Assembly: GCA_045632845.1 (NCBI GenBank)
Contig: JAZQXL010000020.1
Span: forward strand, 35,386-99,385
Origin: Alphaproteobacteria bacterium
Lineage (GTDB): Bacteria > Pseudomonadota > Alphaproteobacteria > CAAHEQ01 > UBA3637
Direction: 5' to 3'
DNA: 64,000 nucleotides
The notes under the pieces: model-generated
Database searches by the model: none
Seen by the model: the letters and a program-made list of their open reading frames with translations, nothing else
What the model was told of the DNA's origin: nothing
Position numbers and translations under genes: made by a program
Part shown: piece after piece, positions 20,078 to 28,514 of the stretch
Numbering within the stretch: the stretch's first letter is position 1
Layout: every line of letters begins with the position of its first letter

Positions 20078-20443
20078 TTGGACTGAGGGTGTTTGGGTTC
20101 GGCCCAACGAATAGTTGGTTCGGTCATGTAGCGTCAGCGAAGTGGACGGCGAAGAATGAGCCGGTCCGAACAAAGTGAGGACGAGGGATTTATCCCGAGC
20201 AATCCAGCCAGCTTTAGGTGAAACAGATAAGTCGCTAGAAATAGCGACTTTTTCTTTTATTTTCACCGCTTAATCTGGTCCGTGTGCTGTGTTTTTCAAA
20301 AAGCCTGTTTTTCAGCCCTACACGGACTCAAAATTCAAAAAATCCTTTGTTTTCAATGCTTCTGTCTTGGAATGTCAATTTTTCATCCCAGAGATAACTA
20401 AATGTATTCAGACTGAGTTTGGATGAGAAAAAGATATTCCTAT

Positions 20444-20566
20444 AACACGCTTATTGCTACTGCCATCTCGGAGTACCTACCTGCCACCTAGAGGACCTTG
20501 GGAGCCCGACCGGCATATCCCAGCCATCAAAATTAAATGCAACATCGTTAATGGAGTGTTTTTTTT
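20444..20566. ncRNA. candidate structured RNA, unassigned
   Basis: GC-rich intergenic patch able to form a long rod (AACAC/GTGTT, TGCC/GGCA, TCGG/CCGA) followed by a T-run. Confidence 0.3.
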
Positions 20567-20630
20567 GCAAGAGCCTTTACATGCGAGAGCCAATGAGAGT
20601 CTATACTTGTTCAGTATAATTGTTCATTTC

Positions 20631-20768
20631 AACCTCTGCCTACGCATATACAGAGGTTAAACACAACAAACCTCTGCCAAAAAAGCAGAGCTCAGTACTT
20701 CGATTAAGTGACATTGATGTCTGTTAATAAAAAAAACAACCTCGATTTAATCAAAACCGAGGTTAAAT
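20631..20768. repeat. palindrome module, left copy
   Basis: Imperfect palindromes at 20631-20658, 20703-20728 and 20738-20764; related copies at 24015-24202. Confidence 0.75.
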
Positions 20769-20782
20769 CATAAAGCAAATAC

Positions 20783-21196
20783 TTACTTTTTTACTTTTTT
20801 TAATTTTCGTATTCCATAAGTTGCATTTAGAAGAACAACATCTAAATCTACTAAACATTTCCTATATTGTTTAATGCCATCATTGAATTTAGGATTTTTT
20901 ATGTAAAGTTCTTCTAAGTAAGATTGAAAAACATCGTATTTTTCTAAATCTTTTTCGTTCAATAAATACATAAATAAAGATTGATTTTTATTAAACCAAT
21001 CAACAATTTTTTGAATACTTTCTTTATCAAACTTATAAATTATACATGCCTCATCCATTTGATGGGCTAAATCAAATCTCTTTAAGCGTAAATCTTGTTT
21101 AAACTGAGCATGAGCAATCCAGCACTGTATCGCAGTAAACAAAACGATAGCAATAGCACACATCCATTCTGCATTCTGTTGTAAAATTTGCAACAC
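20783..21196 (-). CDS. hypothetical protein with N-terminal TM helix
   Basis: GTG start with GGAG RBS; hydrophobic WMCAIAIVLFTAIQCWIA. Confidence 0.7.
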   Translation of the reverse strand: MLQILQQNAEWMCAIAIVLFTAIQCWIAHAQFKQDLRLKRFDLAHQMDEACIIYKFDKESIQKIVDWFNKNQSLFMYLLNEKDLEKYDVFQSYLEELYIKNPKFNDGIKQYRKCLVDLDVVLLNATYGIRKLKKVKK

Positions 21197-21243
21197 CTTT
21201 TTCTTTCTCCTATAGGTTAATCACAACATATATAGGTATGCCA

Positions 21244-21531
21244 CTAATATAAATCAATCCCTTTTCCTAATTCTATGTCAAAAACAGTTTGATTTGTGTT
21301 GAGATCATTTTTTGAGTTAGGCTTTAGGATTTTTATTGACTTAATTTCAAATATCATTTTTTCAGGATTTTTTCTATATGCTTTTTGAAATTCAACATAA
21401 GAATATTTATTGGCTACAGACAATCGCTTAATCCAATAGTCTTTACACTCTCGATATTCATGTGTTTTTACACCGGCTTTAATCTTTTCAAACCAGATAT
21501 CTTTCAAAACTAATTTTAAAGTGTTAGACAT
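21244..21531 (-). CDS. ASCH domain protein
   Basis: LKDIWFEKIKAGVKTHEYR (GxKxxEyR motif); start 2 nt after MTase stop. Confidence 0.8.
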   Translation of the reverse strand: MSNTLKLVLKDIWFEKIKAGVKTHEYRECKDYWIKRLSVANKYSYVEFQKAYRKNPEKMIFEIKSIKILKPNSKNDLNTNQTVFDIELGKGIDLY

Positions 21532-21533
21532 TA

Positions 21534-22751
21534 TTAAGAACTTTTCTTGAATAGAGTGTCCCATAATTCTGAAATGTGCTTTGCTACGTTATAAGCCAAT
21601 AGAGGTGGAACCGCATTACCTATAATCTTATATGCAGCAGAAGCACTTAATACATTTGGCTTTACAAACTCATATTCATCAGGAAAAGTCTGTATTCTTG
21701 CGCATTCTCTAACAGTTAATCTTCTTTCAGATAGTCCTTTTTTTAACTCTTTTTCATGCTTTCCACCATGATCTTTTGACAATCTTCTGAATTCGATATT
21801 GCCGTGATGTTCTGCACGAATTGTAGGACCTAATCCTTTTAAATTGATTTCAGTATTTCCTTGACCTTTTTGCATATACTTTGCTTTCGAATATGCTTTT
21901 TGAGCAAAATCATCTGACGATGAAGGTTCCGGCAAATCTCTTAATATTTCTTCTACGGATACCAAAGGAAGTAAGTCTTTATTGTCAAACAAAGTGCTTT
22001 TTTGATAAATATTATGTGTAATCGGTGGATATAAATTTATTTCTTTTTTTTCAATCTTCTCAAGAACTCCTGGATTTAAAGCAGCTTTATTTAACCCTAT
22101 AAAAATAATTCTTTCTCGTTTTTGTGGCACACCATATTCGCCAGCATTTAATACTTTTGCAGGGAATACGTAGTAGCCATCCTTATCAATCGACGAAAAA
22201 TCTGATTCTATAATCTTTTTTGCCTCGCCCAAAGAAACCAATCCTTTTACATTTTCTGCAAAAAATATCTTGGGTTTTACGATTTCTATAACTTCTTTCA
22301 TCCACATATATAAACAACCACGATTTTCGTAAGTAGGTATATCGATATCTTTCTTTCCTAAGTGGTTTTTTTGAGAGTTAAATCCATTACGCTTACCTGC
22401 TAAACTAAAATCTTGACAGGGAAAACCTCCCGTGAGAATATCTATATCATTTGGAAACACTCTTTCGCCAGACTTATGTTGTTTAACCAAATCAACGATA
22501 CTTTCTGTTCTATAAGTTGTTTTTTTATCCTTAAAATATAACTTCCATGCAGTAGCAGCTTCTTTTAGTATGTCATTACTAAAAGTAGTGGTAAAACCCG
22601 TTGGAGCTAATAAAACTCTTTTGCCAGATTTCTTTTTTATCCAGTCAGGATGTATTACGGTGTTTACGCTACTTTCATGTACATAGAAATCACCCTCGAA
22701 ACCAATGTCCATACCGCCGCATCCACTGAATAATGATAATACTTTTTTCAT
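21534..22751 (-). CDS. DNA (cytosine-5)-methyltransferase
   Basis: SLFSGCGG, GGFPCQDFS, ENVKG, QKRERI, RRLTVRECARIQTFP, IIGNAVPP. Confidence 0.97.
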   Translation of the reverse strand: MKKVLSLFSGCGGMDIGFEGDFYVHESSVNTVIHPDWIKKKSGKRVLLAPTGFTTTFSNDILKEAATAWKLYFKDKKTTYRTESIVDLVKQHKSGERVFPNDIDILTGGFPCQDFSLAGKRNGFNSQKNHLGKKDIDIPTYENRGCLYMWMKEVIEIVKPKIFFAENVKGLVSLGEAKKIIESDFSSIDKDGYYVFPAKVLNAGEYGVPQKRERIIFIGLNKAALNPGVLEKIEKKEINLYPPITHNIYQKSTLFDNKDLLPLVSVEEILRDLPEPSSSDDFAQKAYSKAKYMQKGQGNTEINLKGLGPTIRAEHHGNIEFRRLSKDHGGKHEKELKKGLSERRLTVRECARIQTFPDEYEFVKPNVLSASAAYKIIGNAVPPLLAYNVAKHISELWDTLFKKSS

Positions 22752-22814
22752 TTTACTCCCTTGCTTTATTTAATTCTTCATGCTATACTTAATAACAACT
22801 TTGGAGAATATAAT

Positions 22815-23918
22815 ATGGCAGATATACGCACAAACCTAAGAGAACTTTCAGTTGCGTTTCCGTTTTGTTCAGATATAACGATAGAACAGATTTCCCCTCA
22901 AGCTTTTAAATCTATATGCGAAAACAATATACAAAATTTTAATTCTAATGTAAACAAAATTTCAAAAAATCCCAAAAAATTTTCTTTAGATGAAATAAGT
23001 ATCATAAAAAAAGGCTTTGATCTAGGTCTTTCCTTAAAGAAGATACTCAAACTAGACACTATAGGAAATACAATCGTATGGCTTGGAAATTCAAAAGATG
23101 ATTTAATAGACTTAAAGATAAATGAACATGCGATTTCATTGAAAGAAAAGTCCAACATCCTACGAAACATAGGATTATATCAATTATTAAACTTTACTAC
23201 AAACACAAATAAATTTGAAAGAGGATTAAATATTTTTAAATATTTTGCTCCAGAAGAATTAAATAATTGGTATCACTATGCAATTTTATCTTTAAAAACA
23301 TTAAAAAATTTTTCATATAAAAGCGAAAAAGGATATACATCAACAGCATTCTTTAAAGAAGATTCCTTATTTTTAAGTTTCAACGAAACAGAAGAAATTG
23401 TTAAAAATTCATCTACATCATCTTATTCGGATTTTGAGAAAATAACCTCTGCGACAATAAGAGAAAAAGTTTTTTCAAAATGGTTAAAACAAATTCCAAC
23501 TAAAAGTGATTACTACAAATTTAAAACCATTTGTGCTCAAAAGGCAGGGAATAATCTTTTAAACTTCGTAAAAACAAATTTAGTGGCAACTTCCCCGTCT
23601 GTTCTGAATTTTTTTAATTTAGAAAGTTTTAGCTATATTTATGCAAAAAATGATGGAAAGCAAATAAAAATATTTAAAGTCCCCTCTCTTAATGAAATAG
23701 ATTTTAATGATTATAAAATAGTAAGAGTTGATGTTGATATCCCCAACTCTCAGCTAAATTTTAAAACAACTATACAAAACATCAAAACAGATTCATGCTG
23801 TGTATTGCGTAATGAGATTCGATATTCGCACGGACAGTTAAATGGCACTCCCGAAGCCAAGTTATACTATGACTCTGGTGATGGACTTGAAAAACTAATC
23901 TATAAAAAATTATCCTAA
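22815..23918 (+). CDS. putative type II restriction endonuclease
   Basis: Divergent from C5 MTase; PD-(D/E)xK-like IDLKINEHAISLK; very AT-rich. Confidence 0.6.
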   Translation: MADIRTNLRELSVAFPFCSDITIEQISPQAFKSICENNIQNFNSNVNKISKNPKKFSLDEISIIKKGFDLGLSLKKILKLDTIGNTIVWLGNSKDDLIDLKINEHAISLKEKSNILRNIGLYQLLNFTTNTNKFERGLNIFKYFAPEELNNWYHYAILSLKTLKNFSYKSEKGYTSTAFFKEDSLFLSFNETEEIVKNSSTSSYSDFEKITSATIREKVFSKWLKQIPTKSDYYKFKTICAQKAGNNLLNFVKTNLVATSPSVLNFFNLESFSYIYAKNDGKQIKIFKVPSLNEIDFNDYKIVRVDVDIPNSQLNFKTTIQNIKTDSCCVLRNEIRYSHGQLNGTPEAKLYYDSGDGLEKLIYKKLS

Positions 23919-24014
23919 ATTCTTCTGAGTTAACTTTAGAAACGGTGTATTTTCATTTTTCCTGATTTCTATGTACTCAGGTAAGATTTATGTCTAGCCT
24001 TCTTTTTTTAAAAA

Positions 24015-24204
24015 GACTTCTTGCTCCACATATACAAAGGTTAAAGTAAGAGCCGAGCCCTAAGGGCAGGAAGTTGTGTTTGGCAAATTTTAACCTTTAC
24101 CTACACACATACAAAAGTTCAATGGATAAAACACTCTTTGCGATTAACTGACATTGATGTCACTTAATGAAACACAACTTCGGTTTTGATAAAATCGAGG
24201 TTAA
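24015..24204. repeat. palindrome module, right copy
   Basis: Palindromes at 24015-24042, 24092-24119, 24143-24168 and 24176-24202 match those at 20631-20764. Confidence 0.75.
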
Positions 24205-24279
24205 TTTTCTTAGCCTTTCAAAATAATAATAAAAAAATTTTCTAACAACAGTTCAAAAGGAATAAAAAAATTGTTATCC

Positions 24280-25392
24280 TCATTTTTTTGTTAAAAAATT
24301 AACAATCGGCTTATTAAATAGGTGTATAACAACTATTGAAAACAACAAACCAACCCCTAAAACAAAACCAAGTTCAGCAATCCAATCTAAAACAGGTATT
24401 TGAAAATTAAAATTCAGATTATCAGCATAAATATCTATCAAATAAAACTGGAACAAATAAATTCCCCAAGAATACCGTCCAACAATTTGAACAAACTTGT
24501 TGCACAAAAATTGATTTTGAACCAGCATTTGAGAAACAATCAATAATGAAAATATCAATGCCCAAACCGTATGTTTATTAATCAAAAATAAATTGTATGT
24601 ATCGTAAAAATTAAAACACATTAATTCAAAACAAACAATCAACAAAAAATATGAAATTATTTGTTTCCCTGGCACCTTTGAAAGATTTATCTTTTGAAAT
24701 ATATAATATAAAAAAATACCTAAAATCAAAGTTGGAAAATGTTCTATAAAGCAAAAATCAGAGATATAAGAATTATATACCTTCTCATCTAACGAATCAG
24801 AAAAAGGTTTTAATCGAAACAAAAACTCATTAAGATAATAAACCACAGGACTAGACAAAGCAAACAAAAAAAGCGCCTTAAAAACTGAATTAACATATTT
24901 GAATAAAAAAGGAATTAATAATGTAAATATCGCCAATACACCAACAAACCATTCTACATACAAAATACTGTTACTATAACGGGGAAAAAAACCATGAACA
25001 AAAAATAAATGCGTCAAAAAATTCGAAATCGTTATGTTTGTTTCGCTCCCCAACCATATAGATTGTTTCTCATAAAAAAAACCAACACAAACAGCCACAT
25101 AAAATAATGGAATTAAAAAACAAAATCTATTTTTTATCCATTTTAGACAAGAAACAAAAGAATATTGATTTTTTTTAAAATAAAAACTCAAACTATTATA
25201 GGACAAAAATACCGAAATCAAAAAAAACAAAACAACCCCACACCAACCTGCTCTGACAATTCCTAAAAGCAATTGGGGTAAATCTAATTCAGCACCTGTG
25301 TGTACCATAAGAACAAACAGCATTGCATAGCCTTTTAATGCATCTGCCCATATCAATCTTTTTGAATTAAAAGCCGTTATCTCTTTTTCCAT
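24280..25392 (-). CDS. acyltransferase family 3 (OafA-like) membrane protein
   Basis: WADALKGYAMLFVLMVH, GVVLFFLIS, GRYSWGIYL; multi-TM. Confidence 0.88.
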   Translation of the reverse strand: MEKEITAFNSKRLIWADALKGYAMLFVLMVHTGAELDLPQLLLGIVRAGWCGVVLFFLISVFLSYNSLSFYFKKNQYSFVSCLKWIKNRFCFLIPLFYVAVCVGFFYEKQSIWLGSETNITISNFLTHLFFVHGFFPRYSNSILYVEWFVGVLAIFTLLIPFLFKYVNSVFKALFLFALSSPVVYYLNEFLFRLKPFSDSLDEKVYNSYISDFCFIEHFPTLILGIFLYYIFQKINLSKVPGKQIISYFLLIVCFELMCFNFYDTYNLFLINKHTVWALIFSLLIVSQMLVQNQFLCNKFVQIVGRYSWGIYLFQFYLIDIYADNLNFNFQIPVLDWIAELGFVLGVGLLFSIVVIHLFNKPIVNFLTKK

Positions 25393-25606
25393 TTATACCC
25401 CATAAAAAACTTAACATATTGTCTTTTAAAATAAATAGTAATTTATGCATCACATTATGTCAATTAAAACAAAGAAATTTATTTTTTTGTTTTAAACAAT
25501 CTATACATCACTCGATTAACCTAACCAACAAAGAATATTCTCTTAAAGATTTTTCACCATCACTCTCATTCTATTTCCTAGATTTAAACATTTTATTGTA
25601 AAAACA

Positions 25607-25635
25607 TTGACAAAATCTCATTCTTATGATAATAT
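25607..25635 (+). promoter_or_regulatory. sigma70 promoter
   Basis: TTGACA-N17-TAATAT upstream of AAAGGAG RBS. Confidence 0.55.
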
Positions 25636-25662
25636 ATAAGAAATCAATTCAAAGGAGAGAAA

Positions 25663-27036
25663 ATGAAGAGTCCAGTTTTATACAATTTGTCTGAAATAAA
25701 AGAGCTTTATGATGCCTTTAAAGAATATGTTAGAACAAAAGGATTTTATGAGGAGTGTATGGACTCTTTAAAAAAATACAACACCTCCTTTTTTAAACTG
25801 ATTGTCAAAAGTAATCAGACAAAAAAACTATTCAAGGTAAGAAAAAACGACTTTTTAGGAAAAAGCACCATCGGTGCAAACAATACCCTATCTAAACCAA
25901 CAATTGAAGATGCTCATTTTTATCGTGCTTGGGTTAAAAACAATCCTACTCAAGATTTAATCCCAACAAAAATCACGTTTAAAAAAAGGTACATCAATCT
26001 ACTTGGAAACACGGATCAATCTTTTGATAATGTCCGCATTTTTATATCCCCAAATGCGCTAATTTTGCCCAAAACAGAAGATAAAAGACCACTTAAAGAA
26101 ATACCAACACAAAATCCTCATGCAATTGAAGAATTGGTCTATTTAGCTGAAGCTTATGATGAATTTATTTTTTCATACAAAGGGTCTAAAAATCAGAAAA
26201 ATTTTGATGAATTTTTTAAAAATAACTTTTTAACCAAAGTTATCCCTCCTTATTTTCGCCAATCCATGGCTGAACCAATTATTAAAATTGTTGAACAAAC
26301 AAGACGCTTGTTAACACAAACATTGTTACAAAATTTTGAACCACAAATAACGGCAAGACAAAATTTATTAAACAATACAGATACTCCTGAAGTTTTTCTA
26401 AAAAACAACAGAAATGAAGTTTTTATCCTCTCAGAACAAGTTGGCGTTATTGATAACGCTCAAAAATTAATCAAACTTCATGATTTAAGAGACGACTTGG
26501 CACATCCAGATACAGAAATGGACATTCTTGTTGATGTTCCTGAAAATGTAAATGAAATTTATGAAACTGTTTTTAACATGATTCGTCGCATCACAACAAC
26601 CAAAAATTTAACAGTTCAAAAAGTAACAAACACAAACGATTCAAATGACCTCACTCCTTTTGTTTTGTGGGCACAAGGCCATAAAGTTAAAGATCACATC
26701 CCAGTTATTGAAAAGAACAAAGACATTGAAACGCCAACATTAATTCACACAATGCAATGTTTGGATATGGCTGTCAAAAGCGCTGCGCCAATTAGTTCAA
26801 ACGGAAAACCTTTAAAAGGGAAAAAACAACGCGACTGGCTTATTAAAGAAGGAATAATGGACCAATCTGATCAACAAGATTATGAAGCAGCAAAACATTT
26901 AAGAAATGCTGTATGCCATGGAAATGCAAATACACAAACACATATGGATATCATTGCGAAAAATGAAACATCACAAAAATTAACTCAAAAAATCATCAAC
27001 AATATGACTCAAAAAGGTCTATTGCAAAAATCATAA
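25663..27036 (+). CDS. hypothetical protein with two HEPN-like RxxxxH motifs
   Basis: LHDLRDDLAHP and AKHLRNAVCHG in helical context. Confidence 0.55.
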   Translation: MKSPVLYNLSEIKELYDAFKEYVRTKGFYEECMDSLKKYNTSFFKLIVKSNQTKKLFKVRKNDFLGKSTIGANNTLSKPTIEDAHFYRAWVKNNPTQDLIPTKITFKKRYINLLGNTDQSFDNVRIFISPNALILPKTEDKRPLKEIPTQNPHAIEELVYLAEAYDEFIFSYKGSKNQKNFDEFFKNNFLTKVIPPYFRQSMAEPIIKIVEQTRRLLTQTLLQNFEPQITARQNLLNNTDTPEVFLKNNRNEVFILSEQVGVIDNAQKLIKLHDLRDDLAHPDTEMDILVDVPENVNEIYETVFNMIRRITTTKNLTVQKVTNTNDSNDLTPFVLWAQGHKVKDHIPVIEKNKDIETPTLIHTMQCLDMAVKSAAPISSNGKPLKGKKQRDWLIKEGIMDQSDQQDYEAAKHLRNAVCHGNANTQTHMDIIAKNETSQKLTQKIINNMTQKGLLQKS

Positions 27037-27189
27037 CACCTCTTGCACAAAAAAAAATACGCATCATCCTGCCAACAAGCGAGGTAAACTCATGCTCATA
27101 TAAACACAAAAAAAACATTGCGTTTAGTATTCAAAACACTCAATATAACATATAGATTATCATTCATATTCATAATAAATGGGGTAATT

Positions 27190-27780
27190 ATGAAAAAAAT
27201 CTTATTTTCCATTTTATTTTCTTGTGTGTTTTTATGCAACACAACTCAAGCTCAAGTCGTTTCTAACGAAGAAATAAACCCAACCAAACTTGAAAACGCA
27301 AAAAAAATTATTTTGCAATTACAAGCGGAAATGAAAGACTATATCTCAAACGGGTCAGGGCCTTTTTTAGCTGCTGTGATTGATGAAAATAGAAAAATCG
27401 TTTCCAAAACCGCCAACAGTGTTGTATCGGAAGGTTGCAGTAATAATCATGCAGAAATGAATGCCATTAAAATGGCTCAAAAAAACTTAGGAACCTATGA
27501 TTTATCAAAACATAACTTAAGCTTATATGTTACGTCTGAACCTTGCATGATGTGTATTGGGGGCATTATGTGGTCAGGCATCAAATCCGTGTATTATGGT
27601 GTTCCTTCAAAACGAGTTGAAGAAATCACAGGTTTTGATGAAGGATTTAAACCAAATTGGTTTGAAGAATTTAAAAACAGAGGAATTGTCGTTTATGGTA
27701 ACATTGAAATAGAAGAAGGTGAAAAAGTACTGCATAATTATGTAGACACGGGCAAAACAGTGTACCAACCAGAACGATAA
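27190..27780 (+). CDS. nucleoside/guanine deaminase family protein with signal peptide
   Basis: GPF, HAEMNAI, EPCMMC zinc motifs; MKKILFSILFSCVFLCNTTQA leader. Confidence 0.85.
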   Translation: MKKILFSILFSCVFLCNTTQAQVVSNEEINPTKLENAKKIILQLQAEMKDYISNGSGPFLAAVIDENRKIVSKTANSVVSEGCSNNHAEMNAIKMAQKNLGTYDLSKHNLSLYVTSEPCMMCIGGIMWSGIKSVYYGVPSKRVEEITGFDEGFKPNWFEEFKNRGIVVYGNIEIEEGEKVLHNYVDTGKTVYQPER

Positions 27781-27802
27781 TCAAAAAATTATTCATCAAA
27801 AC

Positions 27803-27830
27803 AAAACGCTCCTTAAAAGGAGCGTTTTTT
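27803..27830. terminator. bidirectional terminator
   Basis: AAAACGCTCCTT-AAAAGGAGCG-T6 hairpin. Confidence 0.75.
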
Positions 27831-27864
27831 GATTGATAAAAAATAACAGTAAACAGATTAAATT

Positions 27865-28386
27865 TTACTTCAAATAACTCACAAAATCAGAAGATGAAAG
27901 TTCATATTTGATAGATGAGTTTTTATCCAAATATTTGTCTGAGATCTTTTTTAAACCATTTTTTTCTTTAAAACCCAACTGTTCGTAAACATGTTGTGCA
28001 ACTTTATTTTTCTTTGCAACATTAACTGAAAGCGTTTGACACTTATGTTCATCAAAAAGATAGGTGATTAATAAACTTAAAGCTTTTTTTCCCATTCCTT
28101 TATTTTGAAAAAATTTATTGCAAATTTTGATACCAATTTCAGCAGAAACATCCTCTTTTTTACGATAATGCATCTCTCCTGTTGGGGTACCATCAATATC
28201 TAAAATAAATTGACAACGATTTTTAGAGTTCTTTTTAATCAAAGAAACCACTTCATCAACTTGAACCCCTACCCCATTTGGAAAACCAGCATGAGCCATA
28301 ACTTCTCCATCGTTCCACCAAGAAACAAGTTGTAATGCATCTTCAACTTCAGCTTTTCTAAGAGATAAATTTTCAAATTTCAACAT
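27865..28386 (-). CDS. GNAT N-acetyltransferase (RimJ/RimL-like)
   Basis: AEIGIKI..FQNKGMGK, N..A..VYEQLGF. Confidence 0.88.
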   Translation of the reverse strand: MLKFENLSLRKAEVEDALQLVSWWNDGEVMAHAGFPNGVGVQVDEVVSLIKKNSKNRCQFILDIDGTPTGEMHYRKKEDVSAEIGIKICNKFFQNKGMGKKALSLLITYLFDEHKCQTLSVNVAKKNKVAQHVYEQLGFKEKNGLKKISDKYLDKNSSIKYELSSSDFVSYLK

Positions 28387-28514
28387 TGTCTTTGCCCTAT
28401 TTTAAATAAATTCATTTGTGTTAAGGCATCATAATATAAAACCATCTTAAAAACAATATATATCAATGCTATTTTAATTTTTTTTATTCCTAAAATCATA
28501 AATAAAAATAGAAC

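Noticed and set aside
20150-20190. Hammerhead ribozyme (ATGAG..GTCC..GTGAGGACGA)
   Set aside because: The required CUGAUGA and GAAA core nucleotides are absent
19326-20266. Short ORFs in the tRNA region
   Set aside because: They overlap tRNAs and repeats and lack protein motifs
20509-20530. HDV-like ribozyme (CCGGCAT.TCCCAGCC)
   Set aside because: Similarity stops after about 16 nt and the downstream pairing partners are missing
20631-24204. Integron attC sites or dif site
   Set aside because: AAC..GTT ends are present but the units are too short for attC, no intI is present and the arms do not fit the 11-6-11 XerC/D consensus
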